Of a stretch of DNA of 64,000 bases, positions 38,134-49,932 are shown one piece after another. Source of the DNA: Azolla caroliniana (Eukaryota; Plantae; Polypodiophyta). Under the pieces are notes generated by a model. The model was not told where the DNA came from, ran no database searches, and saw only the letters and a program-made list of their open reading frames with translations. The DNA lies in assembly GCA_043228905.1 (NCBI GenBank), contig JBHGNT010000009.1, forward strand, positions 16,802,001 to 16,866,000. Direction: 5' to 3'. Each line of letters starts with the position of its first letter. The stretch's first letter is position 1. Made by a program: the position numbers and the translations under genes.

Positions 38134-41100
38134 ATATAGGATAAACTACTAGAATATCCTCATCCAAACACGATTTTAGATGGCAATTAGGGAATATGAC
38201 CTGAAGTCTCATAAAATACGTGAAAATGTCACATGATTTAGACTTATAACATCAAAAAGACCATATCTTTGATCCTTTATGAAACATTAAGTTCGCTAGA
38301 CCTAGAAAAATTCTCAAGAACCTAATTTTATCATAGAATAGTCTAAGACACATTTAAATATACAATAGAGGTCCATTAGTTTCACCTCTAGCATTACCTT
38401 GCAATAAAGGGAATGAAACAAAACGCTAGCTAGTATTAGTAATTATCTAGCTACGGTAAATTTGATTATAGCCTAAACCTTAGGACCGAACTGACATATA
38501 TTTTCCCACTTCCTCTCTTTAATAGTTCCTTTGAGAACATCTCCGACCTTCATGTTAAGAAAACTAAGCTAAGATATCAAGGTTCACATGTGGAGAACAA
38601 GAAAAAACCAGTTGCACAGAACGTGAAAAAGGGAAAGAAACTTCTTTTCCACGAGGATAATAGAGATCAACCATCTGATGAAGTTGGTCAGAAGAAGATG
38701 GTGGCAGCAACTTGTGGTGAGGACCATCCTGGCCGTATATGCAGTGCAGTATATGGCCTAGAAGAAGCAGGTTGTGTTGTATGCCGCAAAAAAGAAGGGG
38801 GGCGGTAATCTTGATCAAGATAGACCCTTTATGTATGGCCATATCTTACGCCTGGACTATGAAGATTCTAATTCCCTAACTTTATTGTAATGGTGGACTG
38901 CTCTAAGGGAGTCCGTAAAATGTTCCTCTCGGAAGATCAGCTTGTCAAGGAGTCTTGTGGTCCTAAATCTTTTAAACTCACTCTTGAGATTTCTCAAAAT
39001 CTGATAATAACATTAAGACCATATATACAAGGCCACATAACTCTAAGGGATGCCTCGCTATCCCTGGTAAAGGCCCCAAAAAAGTTATGCAAGGTGCAAT
39101 CGAGACCTAGAAAGAAAAATATGACAAAGATCAAACTCTGAATCATCAAGCTCATTTGAAGACAACGAAACTCGGCTGACGCCAGGGGCTGAACTAGCAT
39201 TCGGTGTCTTATCCTCTGAGCAAAATAAGATTCATAGAGAGTTAATGCAAATGAAACTGGTGAGAGAAGGGCAAGTCTTCAATTTGCCTATAACACACAT
39301 TCATAGGCCACCAGTAGATGTGAAAACAGGACGAAGACCACTTGAGATTAGAGAGCCACATCGAGTGCATGTTCAAAATCTCAATAAGAAAATGAAATAA
39401 ATCCACATGCGACAGTTGTACCCTTTATTGTCATGGTGGCTCCTAAAGAATGTTCCACAATTGAGGATTTTGACGTGAGAAAGCATGATCAATACAATTA
39501 CTTTGTAATTGGTGGATCACATTCGACTGAAGCACGACGACAACTTGTAAGAGAGCACCAAACCAATTTCTTCTTCAAGTATGCCGAGTGCAAAATATAT
39601 GTGGGCCTCACAACTGAAGAGGCAAAACTCTTAGCATGGGACCACAGCAATGACAATGACTACCGGCAAAAAATGTCATCCATCGAACGGATAAGGTTCT
39701 TCCACCATGAGTACTTGGACGTCAAACAAAAGTTCGTTTTAAAGCTACACCCCGGACTACGACGTCAATGTCTTCATGAGGTCGGCATTGTGGTTCATGA
39801 TAATGTTAAGTCAGATGGTCTTTACAAGTACGAGTCATGGTTTCAACTAGTGTTTAGAGATGGAGATGTCTAGGACCTACAAAATCAAATTTTTTCAATG
39901 TGGGAGAATAAAGAGGTCAAGGGTCAACGGCAAAAGAAATGTAAGGTAGACCCCCAGCTCGAATTAAAATCACTTGCGAAGAAAATTGACTGGTCTTTTG
40001 AAGAAGCGGTCGACGACATGAAGTTGTCTCTCTGAAGAGCAATGCAAGGTATTAAGGATGACCAACTTTTGGTGTCTGTTTTGTCAAGGGTTGTGGCCAA
40101 AGAATTGAGCCTCGAAGAGATGGTCATTGAGTTCAACAAGTAAGTCTTCTCAAATAGTTAAATGAAACAAATATGGGTTTATATAAAGTTCTAATCTCTA
40201 TTTGTGATTTCACAATCATAAGGTGTATATGAAGATCCAAGAAGTTATGATGAAACAACTTGGATGTATAACTTGGGAACAAGTGATTGAGGATTACCCT
40301 CTGACGTCTTCATATAAGGCGTTATCTAAGTATTTTATTGCATTCAAGGATTGGGTTAGTATTTGTCTTTATAATAAAGTTTTCTTAATATGTAGATGTT
40401 GTGTATTAATACTCGATGCCTTATTGTCTCTATTAGAAACCATGTCGTGGTAAGAAACCAGGAGAAGTCAAGGATATACACGACTTCCCAACATCCTTCC
40501 TTGCACATCTCGAGAGAGCCAGAAACAAAAAAGAACGTCGCTTAGTTAAGGCATATGAAATGGAAGAAGATGGCTCTTTCAAAAAAATTAGCCACAAAAA
40601 ACACATTATGAAATATCTCTACTATAATGTGATTTGTTGCGATGTCGTTGAGATGATCCAGAAAGTGCCAAAGAAGGAATATGCACTATTGATTGCATAT
40701 ATTCCTTATGGATTTCGAATGGTTGGATCATCATACAACGATGAACCTTTTAGGTTCAAACAATTAGAAAAAATGGTTAAGGATTTTGCTAAGCTGAGGA
40801 CTGCATCCTTGTGGAGGAAAGTCGTGTTTCATAGTATGGACCAAGGGTACTCGGTAGCTCAAGTGTTGAGAACTCATTGCCATGGCATCGAGAACCTTGC
40901 TTAGTAAGGATTATTTATAAGTCTCATTCACCATACCTTCGTTCCTAATTTATTGAATCTATTCTTAACTCTCCCATATTTGTTATAGGATAAAAACCAA
41001 CGTCAATAGAAGACCAACCTTTTGGTTCGTAAATGCCATTGAGTACATTATGGTTGGCTACTTCGATGAAATAAAGAAACAAAGAAGCAAGGAGCATTCT

Positions 41101-41392
41101 AATGCAGTCGGAGGTTCAAACCTGTTGGTATATCCAACAGTCACACGGAAATTGCGACATGTCACCACGATAGAACGAGGACTTCTCAACCCATCCCAAA
41201 AACCTCAACGACTTATGATGCGTTTGATTGAAATGTTCTCGATAGAAGGAGATTGGATATTAGAACTATTTTCTAGCACAGGTATTCCTCGAACTAGGTT
41301 TACGTTATTGAGATAATCAATACGGATTCTTATGGTTCGATAACTAAGTCTTCTTGCCCTTTCTTTACAGGGACAACGTCTACATGCGCATT

Positions 41393-42093
41393 TAGCAATG
41401 GGCTCGGTTTTGACTCAAACTGAATCGAACCGATAAACTGTGGCTTAACGGTTTATAAGTTCGAAGATAAATAAATGGTTTGGTTTGGTTTCAAATGTTA
41501 CTAATCGATTTCGGTTCGGATCGGATCGGTTTTGAACTTACTGGTTTAGTGGTTTATCGGCTTATCGGTTTCTATTTATGTGGTTCGGTTTAAAGGTTTA
41601 AAGGTTTATAGCCTTATAGGTTAATAAACACTCATAAATTTTCCCTATAAGCTCTAACTTTCAACTTTTGATTTTAAACTTTAGTTTAAATTATTAAATT
41701 TTATATGCATTATATGTAGAGTCTCCTTTTCATTTATGATGATCAAATTAATGATAAGTGTAATGATCAAATTTATGATAAGTATAATGAATAAATTTAT
41801 GATGATTTTCTCACATAAATTTATGATAAGTATGATGACTAACATCAATAAAAAATGGTTTGGTTTTTATTTATGATAAACAAGTTTGGTTTGGTTTTAA
41901 ATTTTTCATAAACGGTTTGGTTTTAAACGGTTTAGTTTCTCCTATTCTTTAAACTGTTTAGTTTAACAGTTCAGCTCTAAATGGTTCGGTTTAAATGGAT
42001 TCATAAATTTTAAACAATTTGGTTCGGTTTTTATTATTAATAAATGGTTTGGTTTGGTTTCAAGGCCAAGAAACCAAATCGGGCCCATTGTTA
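41393..42093. mobile_element. hAT-type MITE (701 bp) in the last MTase exon
   Basis: TIRs TAGCAATGGGCTCGGTTT and TAACAATGGGCCCGATTT (rc). 8-bp TSD TGCGCATT / TGCGTATT. Many subterminal GGTTT and TCGG motifs. Confidence 0.92.
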
Positions 42094-43232
42094 TGCGTAT
42101 TGAAGCTCTTCAGAAACATTGTAGCATTGGAGAAGGACGAGGAGCAGGTTATATTTATTAATATGAGGATTGAGGCCTTGTGGGAATGCCCAGACCAAGA
42201 TGAGGAGGTCGGTGCAAAGCACATCCCTGATAGGGAAAGGTTTCAACCGTCTTCAGGACAGCCTATTCCTCCATTAGCTAGGGAACCAAGTGAGCTAATT
42301 GAGCTTGATGAGGACCTTATAGAAGATCTTACGGTTGCTCGGTTAATAGGGAAAGACAGTGCACAAATAGCTGTAGAGACGTCTCTAAGGGATGAAGAGG
42401 ATAATGGCATTGATTATTTGATTGCTAAGTAATAAAATGTTTTGTTGATGATGTGTAAACTTATGAATTCCAAGCTCTAATACAAATTTTGGGTTCTTCC
42501 ATTGGTGTACTCCATTGTTTATATTCTTCTATATGTTTCAATTATATTCCTATACTTGGTTTGTTGACTTATGACATTGGTTTCATCGCATCTATTGTTG
42601 ACTCTAATATGGAGAAACATGAATTAGTTAACCTTAAGGTTGATTTCGTTCAAACTTTACCTAAACATATTATCCCTATTGAATGGTCGTCAAGACTGTC
42701 CATGTCGTTAATTGAGATCGGTTGTCGATACTGTCAAACTATGTCTAATATATAACAGTTCATATATTATGGATCTTTGTCTTCTATATCTGCTTAGAAT
42801 GTGTAGTGTGTTCTTAATTATCAAACTATTATGTTTGTTTGTTTTCCATTGCTGCTTACATTGTGTAGTGTGTTGATAATGGTCGATGACACATTGTTCC
42901 ATTAGTTGCACAACCTTGGAGTACACCTCTCATCAATATCCACATGTTTCATACGCTTGTAGTTCCACTAGTATTATCCTTCGGAGTTCGATCCCATGCG
43001 AATCACCTAAGGATTAGATTAGATCAACTTTAAACACAAGTATTAAAAGCCTTAATAAGTTTGTTATTTTCAATCACATTATCCTAAGGTTCACTATCTT
43101 ACATTGTCCACAATTATATACATACGAGTATGGGTCAAACTATAAATTATAACTCATTTTATTAGCATGGATACAATTACACCTCATATTTTTGCAAAAC
43201 TTAGCAAACAAATATAAGTCTTCATTTGAGTG

Positions 43233-43781
43233 TTTGCCATGTCGCACAAAAGCTCGATATTGAGCCATTGTTGAACTTTATTATAATGGCATTAACATAT
43301 CAACACATCCAAAGTTAAGTGAATTTCACATGTTCTTCACTCGGAGACCTATCATGTTTTATGAATTTTGCAAATTCTAATCAAGTTGTGGAACATGTGA
43401 TACTAGTGCATCCAATTTTTGTAGAGAGGGTATATTTGGATATTTACAAAAGGAATCTACATGTGGAATGCGCGAGCCTTCCACTTGTGAACGTGAACGT
43501 GAACGTGTTCTTTGCCATGTCACACAAAAGTGTGATATTGAGCCATTGTTGAACTTTATTATAATGGCATTAACATATCAACACATCCAAAGTTAAGTGA
43601 ATTTCACATGTTCTCCACTCGGAGACCTATCATGTTTTATTAATTTTGCAAATTCTAATCAAGTTTTGGAACATGTGATACTAGTGCATCCAATTTTTGT
43701 AGAGAGGGTATATTTGGATATTTACAAAAGGAATCTACATCTGGAATGCGCGAGCCTTCCACTTGTGAACACGAACGTGTT
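43233..43781. repeat. 278-bp tandem duplication of the transposon right end, including the TIR
   Basis: Two copies 278 bp apart, both ending in GAACGTGTT. Confidence 0.93.
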
Positions 43782-46667
43782 TTGGATGTACAAGTGTGTA
43801 TCACTGATAATGTTAAAAAGGATAGAGATGTATTTTTTAATGGAGTGAAAAATCATGCATCGCATGATGTGGCACAATCATTACATGCTAATATTTCAAA
43901 GGATGAGGTGGAACATGTCGTGTCACATCTTGCTAATGATAAGAGTCCTAGGTGGGATGGATTAACACATGAACTCTTTAAAAAATATATGATTAAGTTA
44001 AAGGGGCCTTTTACAATTTTATTTCAGAAGGTGTGGACATCAGGGGAAATGCCTCATTCTTGGAAGATTGGTTTGATAAAGCTTTTACCAAAGGTGTCTT
44101 CTCCATCTTCCTTTGTTCAATGGAGGCCTATTTCATTGATGAGGGGAATGTACAAGATTTTTGCAAAAGTGATGGCCAATAAGTTGCATAAGGTTTTACC
44201 TTCTATTATTCATAATGCTCAATATGGGTTCTTAGCAAAAAAGAGACATTTACATAATATTTTAAATGTTCAAATGGCAATTGACTATGCAAAGGAATCT
44301 AAACAAAAATTAGTGTTGCTACAATTGGATATCGAGAAAGCCTATGATAATGTGGATTGGTCATTTATAAATCAATTGATGTCTCATATGGGTTTTGGTG
44401 ATCATATGTCTAAATTGATATACACATTAGGGGAGGTTTCGGTTCACATGTGATGTTTAATGGAGAAGTAACACAACCGATTTCTATTCGGAGATCAGCT
44501 AGACAAGGTTGTTAGATAAGTCTTTTACTCTTCACTATTGTGACACATCCTATTCTTGTTAAGTTACACAATATGGCTATGGAGGAAGAATTGCTTGTAC
44601 TAAGGTTGCCATCAGGGAAGCCATGTATTGTTCAAGCTCTCACAGATGACCATATTATGTTTTTGGCACCTAATCAGGAAAATATTAGTAAGACAAGAGA
44701 TGTGTGGGAATTGTTTTGCAAACACTTCAGGGTTGAGAATTAATATGCATAAATCTATCCTCATTTCATGTACAAAACAAAATGTGTTAGGGTTGGGGTG
44801 GTCAAAAAGGGTAGTACATCATGGTATGATTTGTCGTCACCTTGGATATCCAATTGGGATGGAAGTTTCTCATGTGAATCTTATTGAGTGGGTATCAAAA
44901 AGATTGGAGGATAAGTTTATGTATTGGAGGTCTCAATTTTGGCCTTTTCATATACGACTTAAGATGGTCCAATCGATTATGGTCTCTATGGTATCTTATT
45001 ATCTTCCTTTGTTCCCATGGTCAAAGAAAGCTCTTGAAATGTTGTCACGGTCAATGCGAATGTTGTTATGGAAAAGAAAAGGGAAAAGTGCCTTATGTGG
45101 TTGGCATGGGATCATGTTTGTACTCCGAAGCATCTTGCTCGGACATCAATATTGAATCTATATGAGCATATGGTGGCTCGTCAATATACTTTCATGCAAT
45201 TGATGTTTGAATGTGTACAACCTTGGACAGAAATGGTGGCGTGCTTTATAGAGAAGAACAGAATTAAACTTGGAAACATGAAGATTGAAGCTAATTGGTG
45301 GAATGTAATTAATTCTGACAGGGATGTCAAATGTGCAGGGTCTATGATAGTCAATCATTTGTTGACATCTTGGCAAAGTATGTTGGATTTTGTGGAATGG
45401 CACCCTCCACAAGAAAGAGGATGTGCCAATTCATTACAAATGGAGGTTTTGGCGACATCAAGATTGTTGAGGTGGGAAGGTAAACAAATTCTTAACCTTC
45501 GATTTAATCAGATGGCTAGATTGGGTTTGGTAGCAATTAAGGATGCTATGTTGGTATCACAAAGAAGATTAATGGTCTTTCGAACAATAAGATCAACATT
45601 TCATATTCCAAAAGGTTATACCTATTTGGGATAAGTTGCAAGAAATACTATCTTCGTATGAGCCAATTCCTAATTTAGATGGACAATCTCAAGAGCTTGA
45701 TTGGAGGTTTGTTGTATATAAGAGATTGACTATGATCTCAACAAATGTTGCTTATCACAAGTTGATTGACAAACATAAGTGGTTGGAAGAAAGGGTTATA
45801 AAGATATGGGGTTTTCATAAGCCCATTACTTGGTGGCTTCATGTGATCAAGGCAGATTGGTGTTCTCAATTGATGCGATGAGCCAAGGTATTTATTTGGA
45901 GAGTTATGGTTGGAGCTTTACCATTGGGGGATGCATTAAAAAAAAGAAACATTACTTAAGGATCGTGTTTCTTTTGTTCGGTGGAATTGGAACATAGTAG
46001 GCATCGATTTATTTCATGCCCGATGGCAATGATGGTTTGGAGGAGTATCAATTTACTGTGGATGCCTCTAACTAGAGTAAGCCTATCTTCCTTCAGTTGG
46101 GTTTTTGCACATATGGAGAACAATGAAACAATGCCTCATTTTCAAATTATTTTTGCGTTCTTGAAGTATTGGGACTATGGTTCAATTGGAATATGTGGAA
46201 TGCCTTCACTTTTGATTCACAAGTTGGGGTGAGAAAATATGTTCTAAAGTTAAAAGGACTTCTTTTGTGGCAATTGACAGTGCTAGAGAAGTCACGAAAT
46301 CTCAAACATGAAGAGAGAGAACTCAGCAAGGTCACATATCATCATATTCGCCATTTGAATTGGTGTGTAGGGTAGCATTGAGTTTGGAGTCATAGTAGTC
46401 TTTACATACCATAGATAGAAGGGGTTCTATACTTTGTAGTAAGTTAGTCATGATGGTGTTTTTTCTTTCATAATGAAAGCCATTATTTACGAAAAAACGA
46501 GAGAGAGCACATCAAAATAGAGGAAGAAAAAAGAGAGAGACATAGAGAGAGCACATCAAAATAGAGGAAGAAAATAGATCTTCAAATCAAAGAAGAAAAA
46601 GAGGAAGAATACATCCAGGTAACGAATCTGATTGCTACATTAGAGAATCATTTTAAGTTATATGTTT

Positions 46668-47524
46668 TTTTTCCAAAAAACAATACTACATTAGTATTAG
46701 AAAACGCCATGAGGCTAACCTACAAGATATACCACAGATCCCCTTTTTCTAAATTCTAACCAACGGCTTAAATAAATACTTTGGTGTAGAGTAAAACCAC
46801 CCCACCTTATCAGAAAGTCGTCTATAAAATATACCTATGTCCCAGATGGCATGAAACTCCAATCGCTTAACCTTTGGTAGTTGCGTACTACCTTTTATAC
46901 TATCCAACAAACCTTTGAGATTATGCACAATCTCTGTCCAAATCCCAGACATTATTTAGGCAAGTCTTTCCGTCACATTTTGAAATACCTTCAAACATCA
47001 AGCCTTCCAAATATAACAAATTGTAATACTACTTACCAATTGCCATATTTGAGGTTTATCTGTCTCTATGTGTGGATTCAAAGGTATCAATTTCTTTTCC
47101 ATCAAACCACGTCTCATCGCAATAGCATCTACAACCTCCTCTTGTTCATATACCATAGGTTTACCTTATACCACTGCCCATAATACCACTCTCCATGTAT
47201 ACACTGCTCGAGGATATACTAGTATTGATAATGTTATGATTTGTTTCCATATGTCCATAGCAAAACCACAACTCCACGAACAATGCTAAGTAATCTGTAC
47301 TAGATCCATACAGAAAGGGCACGACATCTTTTCTACATTAACTTTTTTCCACCCATTAACTGGTATAGCTTATGAACCAACAACCAACGGAAACAAACAA
47401 TTTTTGTGCTCATTTTTATACCCCCACGGTCGTTTCCAAAATTGTTTGAGATGTTGTGGAGAAAGTCCATTTCATCTCCAAAAGACATTTGCAGTTGGTT
47501 CTTTCCATGATCTAGCACCTAATA
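46668..47524 (-). mobile_element. 5'-truncated L1 insertion
   Basis: zf-RVT-like KIVCFRWLLVHK..CPFC, an A-tail, and a 16-bp TSD TTTAAGTTATATGTTT (46652-46667 / 47525-47540). Confidence 0.88.
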
Positions 47525-49932
47525 TTTAAGTTATATGTTTGAACCTGCAAAGCTCCTTTGTCCAACATACTACGATAAAGATTCTAACAAATTGGATGCA
47601 TGCACTAGAGAGTGGTTACAAGCATGATGAAATCATTTTGGTGAGGATTCATATGTATTGATTAAATAGAAAAATGCAAAGGAGAAAGACGATCTCTCAT
47701 TGTGAGGATAAGGAGTTGTCTTAGAGGTAAAACCATGCACGAGTCTTGGAAAAATTGTTGTGATCATATGATGAATGGGGGCAATCTTCTCCATGGATAA
47801 TGAGACTTTGGAGGATAGGTTCTTATTTTGCTACTACTATCAATAACATGTGAAACAAGGGTTTTCCTAAGATGAATAAGATCAAAAGCAAATATTGTAA
47901 ATGATAAAATATGATGAATCACATGTGAAAGACGGTTCTATAAGATGAATAAGATCAAAAACAAAAAAAACAAAACCAGCTCCTAAATATTTAAGTTTAT
48001 TAATGTTTGTGAGCATCACCACACCAAATGAGACCAAAGTCATCAATTGCATGTGAAACCAACTCTTAAAATTTTAATGTTTGTTGGGATCAATACACCA
48101 AAAGAGACCAATTGCATTTGTTTGGGATATAAAAAGATGTGAAAAAAAGAATGCACCTCATTCCTTATAATTGTGTAGATTTACCTTACACCCATGCATT
48201 TGGATAATTAGCAATTTTTAAATGCCAATGGACAGCCAAGTTTTAAAATTTTGCCATTCCAAAGACTGGCATGTTTTTAAAACACTTCCCATGAGATTGT
48301 TGGTTGAACATCAAATCATAACATTGGTCAAGATTTATGTGTAAATGCATAGAATAAGGATTTGACTATTAGCATCGATAAGATTTAAGACCACGACTAC
48401 AAATAACAATCATCAAACAGCACTTATAAAACAGCAAAATATGCAATCCAGAGTTAACAAATATGGTAGATGGATGCACCATGGTCATCATTGAATCATC
48501 ATGCAAATCAACACCATGATTACAAACTGCAGTTCAGAATAGAGTACTAATTCCATTGACATTACAAAACAAGAAGAGCATGTCACAGCTTCATTACCCC
48601 CCGTCCTCACAAGACCAAAAGCACATTTCTTGCAGTTTGATACCCCCAGTTCTGCTAACGCCCTTCAGGGATACTTGGGAAGCCAATCCATGATTACATG
48701 TTCCCCCCTGTTAACTTGTTACCAGAATTATAACACCAGTGCCTCATAATACGGAGTATGAAACTGAAGGGATGACATTACTCCAATTAACAATCACTTC
48801 GAAACCGTGGAATCGGTGAAAGTACCAGATTACAATTTCCTTAATATATATATATATATCATCAGAAATCTAGTTTAGGGAGTATCACATTATCAGGACA
48901 AATATTGTGACAGATGATGCCACTAAAGTGTCAAAAAATACAACAAACACCATGTCACCAAGCTATGTAGATAAAATTAAGATGCAGAAAACCTAAGTCT
49001 GAGAAAACATAAGATTTGTCACTACTACAAAGAGATAAATAATTGGCTAGTTCCGAAAGTTGGGTCTTCATACATATACATACATATATAAATCAAAAAC
49101 TCTACTGTGTACGTTTGTGCATTTTTTGTATCTGCACCCTTGTACTAGGTAGATGAGACACTACTTTAGATAGATCTCCAGAAATGGTTTTATATTTTAT
49201 CAATTCTTCATTCATTCGGTTTTATATTTTGCCAATTCTTCATTCGTTCTCCATCCTTTCTTTTCTTGACCTGATCATTTTGTCTCATTAGCAATCAATA
49301 AATCACAAACCAGCAAAGATTGGATGAATTAATGATATATACGAAAGAAAACACAACCAAAATAGCCATAATATATTTTGAATTACCAGGATACCCCTAT
49401 GGTTCTCTCGTAACTACCAGAGCACTCTAATGATCTTTTGAAACTAGCACCAGACAGCTATATTTTTTCAAACTATCAGAACACCCCGATGTTGTCTTAA
49501 ATTACAAGGATACAGTGAGGACTTTATAATCAAATCACAAAAAGAGCTCCTCACTTTAAATTCAATCAAATTAATTACACCACATAAAGCTAGAAATAGT
49601 GGTTACTAATGGGTAAATAAGGGAAAAGGTAAAAAAAAAACATTGGCAGTCATTCTTGAATGTACGTTGTAATTTTAAATTAATATGAAAAGGTGTCATG
49701 TAAAATCTATTTAAAAGTTGAAGCCATTACAGTGATTTATATTCTCAATCAATGCAAACAAAAACACGAACGCATTCTTAAAGTTTATAAAAAAGATAAA
49801 ACGGTAGGAATATTAATTAATCTGCTAAAGAAAAGCTATTGATTATTGGTTGGATGATCTAAATATTTAAATCAAAATCCTTACTCTTGGTTAAGCACTG
49901 TTGCTCCAGATTCTCGATGAAAGATAAAAAGG

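Larger units (their letters stand above)
37669..42432 (+). pseudogene. ParB/Srx-like domain fused to a beta-class N6-adenine/N4-cytosine DNA methyltransferase, 6 exons, decayed
   Basis: Exons at about 37669-37712, 38526-40139, 40216-40354, 40437-40903, 40989-41281 and 41371-42432 (minus the MITE). ParB-like YFVIGGSHSTEA...LTTEEAKLLAWDH. MTase motifs LLIAYIPYG, (W)IKTN, NPSQKP..L..LI, GDWILELFSSTGTT..CA and RNIVALEKD. Confidence 0.85.
33990..43781. mobile_element. 9.8-kb Sola1-like DNA transposon carrying a ParB-methyltransferase gene
   Basis: 34-bp TIRs: left AACACGTTCGCATTCACGAGTGGAAGGATCGCGC matches the reverse complement of 43748-43781 at 30/34 positions. 4-bp TSD TTGG (33986-33989 / 43782-43785). 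The empty site restores the L1 reading frame. Confidence 0.92.
33022..46498 (+). mobile_element. L1-type LINE ORF2 remnant, split by the 33990-43781 transposon
   Basis: APE motifs NVYA, MGDFN, SRLD and SDH at 33022-33420. RT motifs KSP.WDG, WRPISL and LDIEKAYD from 43786. zf-RVT CFFC..EH..H.F..C near 45965. The frame YYTQLL|DVQVC is restored on removing the transposon. Confidence 0.92.

Noticed and set aside
37669-42432. bacterial contamination as the source of the MTase
   Set aside because: The gene has spliceosomal introns and a plant-type MITE insertion, and sits within a TSD-flanked element inside an L1.
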